DNA of 64,000 bases from Coriobacteriia bacterium. Its GTDB lineage: Bacteria > Actinomycetota > Coriobacteriia > WRKU01. The stretch spans positions 67,770 to 131,769 of the forward strand of contig WRKU01000001.1 of NCBI GenBank assembly GCA_009777935.1. The letters run 5' to 3'. The first letter of the stretch is position 1. Every line of letters begins with the position of its first letter. The notes beneath the pieces are model-generated. The model made no database searches. It saw nothing but the letters and a program-made list of their open reading frames with translations, and was not told where the DNA came from. A program made the translations under genes and the position numbers. This document shows, in pieces, positions 49,257 through 59,893 of the stretch.

Positions 49257-50323
49257 ACGATGCTCCGAAACGCGCTCAGCCCCATCGCTTGATCAAGCTC
49301 ATATGCAATGTTTGCAACCTGAACGGCCTGTGATGAAGCACCTTTGCCAAGGTTATCGATAGCACAGGTGATAATCGCCGTATGCGTACGTTCATCGAAC
49401 GCCACGCCAATCTGTGCGTGATTCGTGCCGGTGACGCTCGCCGTCTTGGGCTGCGTACCTTGCTCAAGAACGGTGACGAACGGCTCGATGGCATAGGCGG
49501 TGTGGTAGAGTTCTTCAAGCTGCGTGAGCGTTGTGCGTTCCGCGCAGGTGATGTAGGTCGTCGCAAGCAACCCGCGCTTCATTGGCGCAAGATGCGGCGT
49601 AAAGAGAACCGTAACTTCGCGTCCTGCGGCTACACTAAGCGTCTGCTCAATCTCAGGCGTGTGCTGATGAGCAGCAACCTTGTACGCGCTTACCGACTCG
49701 TCGAGGGCGCAGAATTGAGTCATCTCACTTGCCGTGCGTCCAGCTCCCGAAATACCCGACTTCGCGTCGATAACGAGCGGTGCATCGGGTACGGCAAGCG
49801 CACTTGCCACAAGCGGGGCGGCAGCAAGTGCGGCGGCCGTCGGGTAGCAGCCCGGGCATGCAAGAAGCGGCGCTGCCGCAATATCGGCGTGCGCCACGAG
49901 TTCGGGCAGCGCGTAGAGTGCTTGCTCAATGAGTGCAGGCGCGGTGTGTTCGGCATACCAGTATTCGTACGTTGTGAGGTCTTTTAGGCGAAAATCGGCC
50001 GAAAGGTCGATGACCCGCACGCCGGCCTCGATAAGCTTCGGTGCGAGGTGCATTGCCGCGGTATGCGGTACCGCAAGAAAAGCGATGTCGATTGAGGCAG
50101 AATCAAGCTCTGCTGCCGAGCTCAACACAACGTCTGCACCGGGGGCAACACCATCACCCTGCAGTGCCGGATAGAGACTGGACAGCCGAGCACCAGCATG
50201 ACACCGCGCCGTTGCTGCCATCAGCTCAAAGACAGGATGCGACTGCAAGATACTCACCAGCTCGACGCCGGTGAATCCCGTTGCTCCAATAACCGCTGCT
50301 CTCTGCGTTTTGCCCTGTGTCAT
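49253..50323 (-). CDS. argC: N-acetyl-gamma-glutamyl-phosphate reductase
   Basis: AAVIGATGFTGVEL and the active-site region ACPGCYPTA. First gene of the arg operon; GGAG SD. Confidence 0.94.
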   Translation of the reverse strand: MTQGKTQRAAVIGATGFTGVELVSILQSHPVFELMAATARCHAGARLSSLYPALQGDGVAPGADVVLSSAAELDSASIDIAFLAVPHTAAMHLAPKLIEAGVRVIDLSADFRLKDLTTYEYWYAEHTAPALIEQALYALPELVAHADIAAAPLLACPGCYPTAAALAAAPLVASALAVPDAPLVIDAKSGISGAGRTASEMTQFCALDESVSAYKVAAHQHTPEIEQTLSVAAGREVTVLFTPHLAPMKRGLLATTYITCAERTTLTQLEELYHTAYAIEPFVTVLEQGTQPKTASVTGTNHAQIGVAFDERTHTAIITCAIDNLGKGASSQAVQVANIAYELDQAMGLSAFRSIV

Positions 50324-50370
50324 GCGTGAACTCCTGCACTTTTGCCACTTTTATTCTTATACAGCCGTCT

Positions 50371-50399
50371 ATTATATCCACTTTTTTGAATAATTACAA
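50371..50399 (-). promoter_or_regulatory. arg operon promoter (TTGTAA-N17-TATAAT) within an AT-rich control region
   Basis: The reverse strand reads TTGTAA TTATTCAAAAAAGTGGA TATAAT, about 45 nt upstream of the argC ATG. The surrounding ~120 nt is very AT-rich in a GC-rich genome. Confidence 0.55.
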
Positions 50400-50489
50400 G
50401 TATTTATACGTAAATATTATATGTATTTTTAATAATATACGAAAAGTGACAAAATTTCTTCTCATGTCCTCACATGCGCCACATGTGGC

Positions 50490-51689
50490 CTAGCAGTCTG
50501 GGATGCGAACGCCGGTCTCGGTGATATAGGCCGTGATGTACTCGGCCGGAGTCACGTCGAAGGCCGGGTTATATATCATCGTCTGAGGAGGCGTTGTCCG
50601 GAACCATGCGTCGAACGCATAGCCCGCACCCTTGCGATCGACGGTCATTTCATGACCCTTGGCAAGCGTCAACTCACATACACCTTCCGTAGTCAAAGCA
50701 TCGAAGGCACGAGTAATGGTGTCGGTTGTCGGTTCAATCATGCCCGATACCGTCACACCGGCGACTTCGCGCTCGTCGCGCTCCTCGATTTCGATATCTT
50801 TGCCGGTCGGGCAATCGGGGTCAAACGTACTCATCGGAGCTGCCACATAGAACGGGATCTCATGAGCGCGTGCCAGCACCGCCAGCGCATAGGTTCCTAT
50901 CTTATTGGCGACATCACCGTTGACCGCGATACGGTCGGCCCCGACGATGACGGCATCGACCCATCCCTTTGCCATCACATCGGCGGCCATATTATCGCAG
51001 ATGAGTGCCGAGGGAATCCCTGTCTGTAACAGCTCCCATGCGGTCAGGCGTGCACCTTGGTTGACGGGACGCGTCTCGCAGACCCAAACGTGCTCAACGT
51101 TGCCGACGGCTTCAGCTGCATAGATGACGCCAAGAGCGGTTCCGTAAAACGCGGTCGCAAGCGAGCCAGCGTTACAGTAGGTCAAAAACTTCGTCGGCGT
51201 ATCGAAGAGCCCTGCACCAGCAGCCCCTAATGCGCGGTTCGCTGTCTCATCTTCGGTAGCAAGTTCGCACGCATGCGCCACGATGAGGTCGTGTAGCTCA
51301 TCAGGGCTTTTATCGCGGTTAGCCTGTACGAGTTCGCCAATCTGGCGTACGCCCCAACTAAGGTTGATGGCTGTCGGACGTGCCGCAATAACCTCGTCAG
51401 CGACCGCAGCACATCGTTCGAAGTATATTGCCGGCGCGACGCCATTATCGTTGGCCGACATCTCGCGCCCCTCAACCTGCGACCACAGCGCCAGCGCAAA
51501 GGCTCCGGCTACACCGAGCGCCGGTGCACCGCGTACCGCAAGCGACTTAATCGCCGTAATAAGCCCTTCGTACGTGTGGCACACGAGCACATCGCCCTGC
51601 AGTGGCAGGCGCGTCTGATCTACAAGATGGACGACACCATCCTCCCACCATAGTGTTTTTGGCAGATTCTCAACGCCCATAGCTCGCAC
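50490..51689 (-). CDS. mtnA: S-methyl-5-thioribose-1-phosphate isomerase (eIF-2B alpha/beta/delta family)
   Basis: LVDQTRLP...VRGAPALGVAGA...ARPTAINL...TYCNAGSLAT...ETRP.NQGARLTAWEL...VIVGADRIA.NGD.ANKIGTY motifs. Confidence 0.88.
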   Translation of the reverse strand: MRAMGVENLPKTLWWEDGVVHLVDQTRLPLQGDVLVCHTYEGLITAIKSLAVRGAPALGVAGAFALALWSQVEGREMSANDNGVAPAIYFERCAAVADEVIAARPTAINLSWGVRQIGELVQANRDKSPDELHDLIVAHACELATEDETANRALGAAGAGLFDTPTKFLTYCNAGSLATAFYGTALGVIYAAEAVGNVEHVWVCETRPVNQGARLTAWELLQTGIPSALICDNMAADVMAKGWVDAVIVGADRIAVNGDVANKIGTYALAVLARAHEIPFYVAAPMSTFDPDCPTGKDIEIEERDEREVAGVTVSGMIEPTTDTITRAFDALTTEGVCELTLAKGHEMTVDRKGAGYAFDAWFRTTPPQTMIYNPAFDVTPAEYITAYITETGVRIPDC

Positions 51690-51728
51690 TCCCTATTTCT
51701 CGCAGATGCCTCATGATGCCAGAGCGCA

Positions 51729-52685
51729 TCATGTGGTGCCGTCTTTAATGTTATCGAGAATTAATTGTAAGTCATCGGGCAACGTATCGACGAACTCCAT
51801 CTCTTCGCCGCTCGTCGGATGAACAAACGTAAGTCTATAGCTATGCAAAAACTGGCGATGCAGTCCATGGTTGGCGCGATCGTTGCCTCGCCCGTAGACT
51901 GGATCACCAACGACAGGATGGTCGATATAACGCATGTGCACGCGTATCTGATGGGTACGTCCCGTGTAGAGCTTGCACTCCACAAGCGTGAATCCATTGT
52001 CATAGCGGCCGGCCTCAAGACGCTCCATCACGGTAAGCGTGGTAATCGCACCCCGTGCACCCGGCCTGTCGGAGACCGTCATGAGCATGCGATCATCACG
52101 ATCACGTGCGATGGGCGCATCGATCGTTGCGGTCTCAGGTGCAATGTTGCCGTGCACAAGACAGAGGTAGCGCCGATCAATCTCACGAAGACGAATTTGA
52201 TCCTGCAAGTGCGCCTGCGCTGCATCGGTCTTGGCAACGAGCATCAGCCCACTCGTGTCCTTGTCGAGACGATGGACGATGCCGGGACGATCTTCGCCCT
52301 GCAAACCACCGAGCTCACGCGAATGATACGCAAGTGCGTTGACGAGCGTACCCGACCAATTACCGTGCGCAGGATGAACAACAAGGCCTGCCTGCTTCGA
52401 GAGCACGATGAGATCGTCATCCTCATAGCGAATATCGAGCGGAATCGCTTCAGGCTCAATATGGTGAGTGAGCGGTGGCGGGGGCGTGATGATGACGCAC
52501 TCCCCTGCCGAAACGGTATGTCGCTTCGGACGTATTGCACCATCAACGGTCACGTACCCACCCTCAATCATCCGCTCGGCGGCCGAGCGTGAAACGACAC
52601 CGGGCTGCGCGCCAACGAAAACATCGAGACGCATGTCGGTGTCTGCATCTCCTACGATGACCTCGATAGGTGCCGTGGTGTTCAT
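51729..52685 (-). CDS. rluD: RluA-family 23S rRNA pseudouridine synthase (RluD-like)
   Basis: S4-like N-terminus, catalytic HRLDKDTSGLMLVA and GRTHQIRVH. ATG 52685 overlaps the lspA stop (ATGA). Confidence 0.9.
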   Translation of the reverse strand: MNTTAPIEVIVGDADTDMRLDVFVGAQPGVVSRSAAERMIEGGYVTVDGAIRPKRHTVSAGECVIITPPPPLTHHIEPEAIPLDIRYEDDDLIVLSKQAGLVVHPAHGNWSGTLVNALAYHSRELGGLQGEDRPGIVHRLDKDTSGLMLVAKTDAAQAHLQDQIRLREIDRRYLCLVHGNIAPETATIDAPIARDRDDRMLMTVSDRPGARGAITTLTVMERLEAGRYDNGFTLVECKLYTGRTHQIRVHMRYIDHPVVGDPVYGRGNDRANHGLHRQFLHSYRLTFVHPTSGEEMEFVDTLPDDLQLILDNIKDGTT

Positions 52686-53176
52686 GCTGACTTCTCCGAT
52701 TTTCGCGCCTCGCGGCGCGCTTCGCGTAGTAACCACACAGCTACTAACGCCGCACCGACGCACACGAAGATATCGGCTACATTGAAGACGGGAAAATCGA
52801 TAAAGACGAGGTCAAAGATATCGATTACCACCCCGTAGACAATTCGATCGATAGCATTACCGACTGCCCCAGAGCATAAAAATCCCAGTGCGACGGCAAG
52901 CAGCGTCGGCATCGGCCGCAGCGTCACCCACACATACACGGTTACCGCAAAAAGCGCGGTTGTGCCGAGAAGCCCAAGCCACGCACCGGCTCCGGATACT
53001 CCGAAGAGGCCAAACCCGATACCGCTGTTCTCGATGTACGTGAAACGAAGAAGGTAAGGGATTGCGACGTGTGACTCGCCGGGAACCATCAGATTCATCT
53101 GCACGGCCTTGACGAGGCGGTCGGCGAAGACACCGAGCACAAAGATGACGCCGAACAATATCACCGAGCGCTTCAC
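52682..53176 (-). CDS. lspA: Lipoprotein signal peptidase (signal peptidase II)
   Basis: Four TM helices, with NSGIGFG and VFNVADIFV (catalytic Asp) motifs. Confidence 0.92.
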   Translation of the reverse strand: MKRSVILFGVIFVLGVFADRLVKAVQMNLMVPGESHVAIPYLLRFTYIENSGIGFGLFGVSGAGAWLGLLGTTALFAVTVYVWVTLRPMPTLLAVALGFLCSGAVGNAIDRIVYGVVIDIFDLVFIDFPVFNVADIFVCVGAALVAVWLLREARREARKSEKSA

Positions 53177-56023
53177 TTATACAGTCGGCTCCGGCTCGAA
53201 CCCAATCTCAGCAAGCACCTCGGCACACCGCACACAGACGTCCGGGTAGGCGGTACCGGTGGCACGCTCACGATAGTTCCAGCAACGCGGGCATTTCTCA
53301 CGCTTCGTGCGCGTGATGGTCACGAGGGGCTCGGCCGCCGTCTCGTCAACGGTAATCGTCACGTCGGCGACGATGAAGAACTCGCAGAGCTTCGCGCAAC
53401 CTCGCGCTTCAAGGATGGCTGCTCTCTCGGGAGCCACCGTCAGCGCGACTTCGGCCTCTTGCGACTTGCCCACGATGCCGTCGTTGCGCGCCTCTTCAAT
53501 CGCTTTCGTCACACTCTCGCGCACCTGGCGCACGACGTCGTAGTCCGCACGAAGCACATCAGCATCCAGCGCGCTTACATCGAGCGTGGGCCAATCAGCC
53601 AGGTGGACGGATTCGAGCTCGCCCTCCCGCAGCGCAGGCGGCGTGAAGCTCCAGATTTCCTCGCAGGTATAGGCGAGCACCGGCGCAAGAAGGCGCATGA
53701 GTGCCTGCAGCAGCACATTGACGACGGTCTGCGCGCTACGCCGTGTGGCCCACGTCGGCGCATCAGCGTACAGCCTATCCTTAAGCGCATCAAGATACGT
53801 CGTCGAAAGCTTATCCATATACGCGATGACCTCGCGCTGCGCCATATAGAAACGCCACTCGTCGTTGTAACGCATGACCTTGCCCATAATATCGGCGAGC
53901 CGCACGAGTTCGGCTCTATCCATCTCTTCGAGGTCGGTGAAGGCCACCGCATCGGCCGGCTCAAAGTCGTGCAGGTTTGAGAGCAAAAACCGCATCGTGT
54001 TGCGAATCTTGCGATACGCTTCGCTCGTGCGCTCGAGGATTTCGTCAGAGATTGCCACGCTCTGTGCATAGTCACTTGAGGCAACCCACAGGCGCACGAT
54101 GTCGGCACCGAGCTTATCGATGATATCAATGGGCGATATAACGTTGCCGACCGACTTCGACATCTTCTTGCCCTCGCCGTCGACGGTGAACTCGTAGGTG
54201 AGGAGATTCTCCCACGGAGCGCATCCGTATGTGCCTATCGAGGTCAGGTACGAACTTTGGAACCAGCCGCGGTGTTGGTCGCTTCCTTCAAGGTAGAGCT
54301 GCGCGGGAAAGCTCAGCTCGGGACGGGTATGGAGCACGCTCGTGTGCGACACGCCGCTCTCCCACCACACATCGAGGATATCGCTTTCGGGTACCAAATC
54401 GGTGCAGCCACACGCACACGCCGTGTCGGTCGGCAGGTAGGTGCTCGGTGCCTCGGTAAACCATGCGTCAGCACCTTTGTTACGAAAGAGCTCGATGATG
54501 GCATCGAACGTTGCTTCATTAGCGACGACCTCGTCACACGCGGTGCACCGGTGCACGGGAATCGGTACGCCCCAGCTGCGTTGGCGCGAGATGCACCAGT
54601 CGGGCCGGTCGGCTATCATCGCGCTCATGCGCTTTGCACTGACTGCCGGAATCCACGTGAAGTCGTGCAGATGCGCCACTGCTTTGTCGCGCAAGCCCGT
54701 CTTCTCCATTGAGACGAACCACTGCTCGGTCGCACGGAAAATCACCGGCTCCTTGCACCGCCAACAGTGCGGATAGCTGTGTGTTATCTCGCTCGTGCCG
54801 ACAAGGGTTCCCTGTTCGCGCAGCCATTCGACGATGAGATGGTCGTCGCGGTGTACCGCGTTGCCCGCAAAGGGGCCTCCCCCTTCGTCGAACGTGCCGT
54901 CATCTCGAACGGGCATATATATTGGCAGATCGTGCTTGGTGGCAAGTAGATTGTCCTCAGCACCATGGCCACCCGCGCCGTGCACGACACCGGTACCCGT
55001 CGTCAAATCGACGTACGAATCGGTGATGATGCGGCAGATGCGCTCGTGATGGATGGGCTGCACGTAGGTGAGCGCGGAAAGCTCCTCGCCGCTCATGCTA
55101 CCGTCGAGTATCTCGTAGTCACCACTTTCCCAGCCGAGCTGGGCCGCAACGGTTTCGACGAGCTCCTCGGCGAGCACAAGCACCTGCCCGGCCGCGGCAC
55201 CGGTACGCGGCCGCAGTGCCACGTAACGTGCCGTGCCGTTGAGCACGACAAACGCGTTGGCCGGCAGCGTCCACGGTGTGGTGGTCCAGATGAGTATCGA
55301 TATTGGTGTGCCGTCAGCTTCGGCGGCCCACGGCGTTGCATCGATGGATTCGGCGTCCTGAGCGAGGCGATACGCTACGTACACGGAAGGTGAAGTTTCG
55401 TCGGCGTACTCGATTTCTGCCTCGGCGAGCGCGGTCTCACAGCGTGTACACCAATGAATCGCCTTGCGGCCCCGGTAGATGGCACCGTCGAGATACATCT
55501 TCTTGAAGACTTCGACGTTGCCCGCTTCGTACTCAGGGTTAAAGGTCAGGTACGGATTCTCCCAATCGCCGAGCACCCCAAGACGCTTGAACTCTTCGCG
55601 CTGCGCGTCAATCCACTTCAGCGCATAGTAGCGGCACTTGGTGCGCAGCTCAGGTACGGAGATTTCGGCCATGCGTTCGGGGCCGAGGTTCTTCTCGACC
55701 TGATGCTCGATGGGCTGGCCATGGCAGTCCCAACCCGGCACGTACGGCGCATAGTGACCGTTCATCGTCTTATACTTGATGATGATGTCCTTGAGAATCT
55801 TGTTATAGGCGGTACCCATGTGAATGTGCCCGTTCGCGTACGGCGGGCCGTCGTGGAGCACGAATGGCGGTGCCGCAGCGTCGTGGCGGCGTGTCACTAT
55901 TTTGCCGTAGATGTCACGTTCATCCCAAAACGCACGCCACTCTGGCTCGCGCTGAGCAAGGTTGGCGCGCATGGGAAAATCTGTGTTTGGCAGATTTAGC
56001 GTATCTTTATAGTCATTTGCCAT
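53177..56023 (-). CDS. ileS: Isoleucine--tRNA ligase (type 1, with C-terminal zinc finger)
   Basis: [12 protein letters not shown] (HIGH), KMSKS, a CP1 editing domain and C-terminal CPRCW...CVRC. Confidence 0.96.
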   Translation of the reverse strand: MANDYKDTLNLPNTDFPMRANLAQREPEWRAFWDERDIYGKIVTRRHDAAAPPFVLHDGPPYANGHIHMGTAYNKILKDIIIKYKTMNGHYAPYVPGWDCHGQPIEHQVEKNLGPERMAEISVPELRTKCRYYALKWIDAQREEFKRLGVLGDWENPYLTFNPEYEAGNVEVFKKMYLDGAIYRGRKAIHWCTRCETALAEAEIEYADETSPSVYVAYRLAQDAESIDATPWAAEADGTPISILIWTTTPWTLPANAFVVLNGTARYVALRPRTGAAAGQVLVLAEELVETVAAQLGWESGDYEILDGSMSGEELSALTYVQPIHHERICRIITDSYVDLTTGTGVVHGAGGHGAEDNLLATKHDLPIYMPVRDDGTFDEGGGPFAGNAVHRDDHLIVEWLREQGTLVGTSEITHSYPHCWRCKEPVIFRATEQWFVSMEKTGLRDKAVAHLHDFTWIPAVSAKRMSAMIADRPDWCISRQRSWGVPIPVHRCTACDEVVANEATFDAIIELFRNKGADAWFTEAPSTYLPTDTACACGCTDLVPESDILDVWWESGVSHTSVLHTRPELSFPAQLYLEGSDQHRGWFQSSYLTSIGTYGCAPWENLLTYEFTVDGEGKKMSKSVGNVISPIDIIDKLGADIVRLWVASSDYAQSVAISDEILERTSEAYRKIRNTMRFLLSNLHDFEPADAVAFTDLEEMDRAELVRLADIMGKVMRYNDEWRFYMAQREVIAYMDKLSTTYLDALKDRLYADAPTWATRRSAQTVVNVLLQALMRLLAPVLAYTCEEIWSFTPPALREGELESVHLADWPTLDVSALDADVLRADYDVVRQVRESVTKAIEEARNDGIVGKSQEAEVALTVAPERAAILEARGCAKLCEFFIVADVTITVDETAAEPLVTITRTKREKCPRCWNYRERATGTAYPDVCVRCAEVLAEIGFEPEPTV

Positions 56024-56057
56024 TCTCGTTGTTTTTTACGAGTACTCTCGACGCTGT

Positions 56058-56762
56058 TTACCCTATTTCTTCGATGTCATCGTCATCATCCAACTCAATC
56101 TGATCGGCAAACGACGTTGGGGTGGCCGGAGCATCGTTTGGCTCGGCAGATGCTGCATCGACAACCGTCTCAACGTCAACGGCGACAGCTTTGGCAACGA
56201 CCGTGTCGGCCGTCACGACGGCTGCGGCTGCCTCAACCGTAACAACCTCATGCGGATGCGTGTTGACGCTTGGTGTAGCCGAGACGTCGCTCAAGTCAAC
56301 ATCCATCGGCAACTCTCGAATCGAAGTAAGTGCGTTTTCAAGCAGCGCGCGATACTTATCACGGTAACTCGTCTCCTCGTCTTTGAGCCTCTTGAGCGAG
56401 TCGAGCAGTTCACGCTTCTTGCCTTGTGCCTCTTCGACGATCTCGGCGGCACGATCCTCGGCCGTCACGATGAGGTCCTTCGCCTGACCACGCGCCTTGC
56501 CTACCAGCTCCTCGGCGGTCTTCTGTGCAACGACAAGTACATTGCCGATTTCAGCGCTATCGATTTCAGGAACCTCTGAAGCAGGGGTCGCCGGCCTACC
56601 CGAAGAAGTACTCAACTGTGCACGTAGCGACTCGACTTCTCGATTGAGACGATCGACTTCTGCAGCGCATAGATCGAGAAAGTCATCGACCTCGTTTTCC
56701 TTATATCCGCGCACTCCGTGCCCGAACTCTTTTTCGTGAATATCCATAGCACTGAGAGCCAT
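56058..56762 (-). CDS. divIVA: DivIVA-domain cell-division/polar-growth protein
   Basis: MALSAMDIHEKEFGHGVRGYKENEVDDFLD followed by a coiled coil. ATG 56762 follows AAAGGGG. Confidence 0.9.
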   Translation of the reverse strand: MALSAMDIHEKEFGHGVRGYKENEVDDFLDLCAAEVDRLNREVESLRAQLSTSSGRPATPASEVPEIDSAEIGNVLVVAQKTAEELVGKARGQAKDLIVTAEDRAAEIVEEAQGKKRELLDSLKRLKDEETSYRDKYRALLENALTSIRELPMDVDLSDVSATPSVNTHPHEVVTVEAAAAVVTADTVVAKAVAVDVETVVDAASAEPNDAPATPTSFADQIELDDDDDIEEIG

Positions 56763-56855
56763 GTCTGCCCCTTTCACCGATCATCGCATATTACAAGCTA
56801 TCGCAAAGCATTATACCGCAATGAACGCACGGTGCCCAAGTTCGGCGCTGCAAAG

Positions 56856-57719
56856 TTACGAGGTGTCACCTCGGAGCTCTGTGGCACGCTCAACAGCGGC
56901 GCGCACAGCATCACGGAACATAGCTTCGAGACCGCGCTCCTCAAGCACAGCAACGGCACATTCGGTCGTACCTCCCGGACTCTGCACCGCATCGGCAAGC
57001 TCACGTGGTTCGTGGTCGAGGTACTCCAACATGCGGGCGGTACCGCCAATCGTGCTACATGCAATGGCATGCGCTAGTTCCTTATCGAGCCCTTCGGCAA
57101 CACCAGCCTTTTCCAGTGCCTCAATAACAAGCGCACAGTATGCCGGACCGGACCCACTAATCGCGGTCGCAACATCGATATTTTTTTCGTCGATTATCAG
57201 AACCGCGCCCCCTGCCTCCATAACATGGGCGACCGCTTCAACTTCTTCGGTCGTAACCCGCGTGCCCGGAGCAATGAGCGTCGTGCCTTCCTCAAACAGC
57301 ATTGCGAGATTCGGCATTAGCCGAATAACCCGCGCAAAAGGAAACCATTCTTCAAGCTGAGCCGCAGAAACTCCCACGGCAATCGACAAAATCAATGTCT
57401 GCGAGCCAATGCGGTTCACCTCGTCGACGATCTCAGGAATCACCGTCGGCTTCACCGCAAGGATAATCCAGTCCTGAGGACCAAATGAGTTATCTTCGAA
57501 TTGGCTCAGGCTTGAGTTGAGCGGCAGTTGAGGATAGGTATCGTTAACCTTATCGCGCATCTCAGGGTTTGGGTCGACAACCGAGATAGTATCGCTCTCA
57601 AACGAGTCGAACAACACCGGCAGAAACGGCGCGCCCATCTGTCCTGCGCCGACGAGCAGTACACGGCTATCGTAACGTTCGGATTCTTCTCCGAACATCT
57701 CTTGTTCCCAAAAACTCAT
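56856..57719 (-). CDS. proC: Pyrroline-5-carboxylate reductase
   Basis: VLLVGAGQMG Rossmann motif and C-terminal SPGGTT. ATG 57719 follows GGGGGA (the ORF-track start 57740 is TTG). Confidence 0.88.
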   Translation of the reverse strand: MSFWEQEMFGEESERYDSRVLLVGAGQMGAPFLPVLFDSFESDTISVVDPNPEMRDKVNDTYPQLPLNSSLSQFEDNSFGPQDWIILAVKPTVIPEIVDEVNRIGSQTLILSIAVGVSAAQLEEWFPFARVIRLMPNLAMLFEEGTTLIAPGTRVTTEEVEAVAHVMEAGGAVLIIDEKNIDVATAISGSGPAYCALVIEALEKAGVAEGLDKELAHAIACSTIGGTARMLEYLDHEPRELADAVQSPGGTTECAVAVLEERGLEAMFRDAVRAAVERATELRGDTS

Positions 57720-57743
57720 CGCTTTCCCCCTTGTCACCAAAGC

Positions 57744-58280
57744 CTAGCGTTGACGCTGTGCAAAACGCGCGCGATCGGCATCGGAAACGTGCGAACCCTG
57801 CGGCGCAATGAGATAAATCCCTGCCGACACCTTACTAATTTCACCGTCGAGACCATAGATAAGGCCCGAGACAAAATCGAGAAAACGGCGTTGCTCGTCA
57901 AAGGGAATCGAATTCAGATCGATAATAACCGGCTGCCCGCCCTTGTAGCGGTCGGCAATAAGGCCGCAGTCGTTGAACGAGGTCGGACGCGCGTTGTGCA
58001 CGAGCGTCTGACCCGCCGCACGCGTCTCAACCCGAGGCGCACGTATATGCGGCACATCCCGCAACGGAGCGCCGGTGGCTACGCTTGCACGACGGACATC
58101 GGGCGTACGCGACCTGCGTACTACGTTGCTCGACCCGCCCTCATCATACGGAGATTCATATCGATCAACCTCAAGGTTATCGGACCTGCGCCCATAAGGG
58201 CTCTCAAGCTCGTCATCGATATCATCTGCTACCGTATCGTCTATGCCGATTTTCTCTTTAAGATCATCCAGAAACCCCAT
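57744..58280 (-). CDS. sepF: Cell division protein SepF
   Basis: N-terminal amphipathic MGFLDDLKEKIG and C-terminal core (GQPVIIDLN...RFLDFVSGLIYGLDGEI.KV). Confidence 0.9.
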   Translation of the reverse strand: MGFLDDLKEKIGIDDTVADDIDDELESPYGRRSDNLEVDRYESPYDEGGSSNVVRRSRTPDVRRASVATGAPLRDVPHIRAPRVETRAAGQTLVHNARPTSFNDCGLIADRYKGGQPVIIDLNSIPFDEQRRFLDFVSGLIYGLDGEISKVSAGIYLIAPQGSHVSDADRARFAQRQR

Positions 58281-58368
58281 CGAATGTCCTTCTTACGCCC
58301 CCATACCCTACACAACAATCTCAATATAACACTAAGGTAACGTCTGTGCCAAAGAGAAAAGTAACAAA

Positions 58369-58785
58369 TTATGTGACGTCTTGCGTGTTCGCAAAGCGGC
58401 GCTTGAGTTCGGCGGCAAGCTCATCGAGTTCGATATCGTAGCGAGCACACATCACGAGCAGATGATAGAGCACGTCGCACGTCTCGTAGACAAGGTGCTC
58501 GTGAGCAGTACCGTGTTCGGTGGTACCCGGCGTACCAGCAGCCCGGGCAGCATCACAGTCTTTTGCGGCAAGCGCAACCTCGGCCGCCTCTTCGGCGACC
58601 TTCTTGAGTACCTTATCGGGCGTAGCGGTCAGAAGATCGACGGTGTAGCTCTGCCGAAAGTAGGTGTCCGGTGCGTCGATACACGCGCTTGCATCGGTCT
58701 TGGTATCGGTTTTGGCATCGGCCTTGCGCGACTGAATCGTCGTCCACAGCTCGTCGATGACCGTGCCAAAGGTATCGGGGGTCAT
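58369..58785 (-). CDS. hisE: Phosphoribosyl-ATP pyrophosphatase (monofunctional, with insertions)
   Basis: SYT..LL...DKVLKKVAEEAAEV...ETCDVLYHLLVM motifs. ATGA overlap with hisI. Confidence 0.85.
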   Translation of the reverse strand: MTPDTFGTVIDELWTTIQSRKADAKTDTKTDASACIDAPDTYFRQSYTVDLLTATPDKVLKKVAEEAAEVALAAKDCDAARAAGTPGTTEHGTAHEHLVYETCDVLYHLLVMCARYDIELDELAAELKRRFANTQDVT

Positions 58786-59114
58786 GGTGTTCTCCTGAGT
58801 TCTCGGTAAAAGCAGGTGCGCTCACCGGTATGGCACGCAACGCCATCGCCACCAAGCGTACAGGTGAGGAGCAGCGTGTCGCCATCGCAGTCGTAGCTCA
58901 CCTGCTGAACCTGTAGCGTATTGCCGCTCTGTTCACCTTTACGCCACGAAGTCTTACGGCTGCGCGAGTAGAACCACGCCTGTCCTGTCTCGAGCGTACG
59001 CTCAAGCGCAGCGCGATCCATCCACGCCATCATGAGCACAGTACCGTCGCCGGCATCTTGCACAATGGCGGGAATGAGACCGTCCGCGTTGTAGGTGAGG
59101 TCGGCGGGCGTCAT
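58782..59114 (-). CDS. hisI: Phosphoribosyl-AMP cyclohydrolase (monofunctional)
   Basis: GLIPAIVQD...LMMAWM...WFYSRSR...W.KGE.SGN...DCDGDTLL...G.ACHTG motifs. Confidence 0.92.
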   Translation of the reverse strand: MTPADLTYNADGLIPAIVQDAGDGTVLMMAWMDRAALERTLETGQAWFYSRSRKTSWRKGEQSGNTLQVQQVSYDCDGDTLLLTCTLGGDGVACHTGERTCFYRELRRTP

Positions 59115-59893
59115 ATCCGCACCGCGATACCGGCAGCGGCCATTGCTTCCTTGACCTCGGCGATAGTGAGGGTACCGAAGTGGAAGACCGAGGCGGCGAG
59201 CACGGCGTCGGCCTCGCCCTCGATAATTGCTTCGACGAAGTCCTCGATTTTACCGGCACCGCCGCTGGCGACAACCGGCACGTCAACGGCACGTGCGACG
59301 GCACGCGTCAGCTCGATGTCGTAACCGTCTTGAACGCCATCACAGTCCATACTCGTGAGCAAAATCTCACCGGCACCGCGACGCGTTGCTTCCCGCGCCC
59401 ACTCGATGACGTCGAGGCCGGTGTTCGTGCGCCCGCCATTCGTCATGACGTCCCAGCGAGTTATAGTACCGGGTGCTTTCTTAGCATCAATAGCAACGAT
59501 AAGCCGCTCCGAGCCATAGGTAGAGGCAATCTGGCCGATGAGGTCAGGGTCGTTGACGACCGCCGTGTTGAGCGAAATTTTATCTGCGCCCGCATCGAGT
59601 ATCGTCTGCACATCGCCGAGCGTGTGCATGCCGCCGCCCACGATGAAGGGCACCGAGATAGCCGCGCCGGTACGTGCCGCAACCTCGTGCATCGCCGGAC
59701 GCTTGTCGGTCGTCGCCGTGATGTCGAGAAAGACGATTTCGTCTGCGCCGGCCTTGTCGTACGCCGCCGCTATCTCGATGGGGTCACCAGCATCTTTGAG
59801 GTCGACGAAGTTTATGCCTTTGACGACGCGTCCACCCGTTACGTCAAGACACGGTATGACTCGCTTAGGTGTGGTCAGGTTGCGTGTTGTCAT
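59111..59893 (-). CDS. hisF: Imidazole glycerol phosphate synthase, cyclase subunit
   Basis: [16 protein letters not shown]...GDP...[10 protein letters not shown] motifs. Confidence 0.95.
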   Translation of the reverse strand: MTTRNLTTPKRVIPCLDVTGGRVVKGINFVDLKDAGDPIEIAAAYDKAGADEIVFLDITATTDKRPAMHEVAARTGAAISVPFIVGGGMHTLGDVQTILDAGADKISLNTAVVNDPDLIGQIASTYGSERLIVAIDAKKAPGTITRWDVMTNGGRTNTGLDVIEWAREATRRGAGEILLTSMDCDGVQDGYDIELTRAVARAVDVPVVASGGAGKIEDFVEAIIEGEADAVLAASVFHFGTLTIAEVKEAMAAAGIAVRI

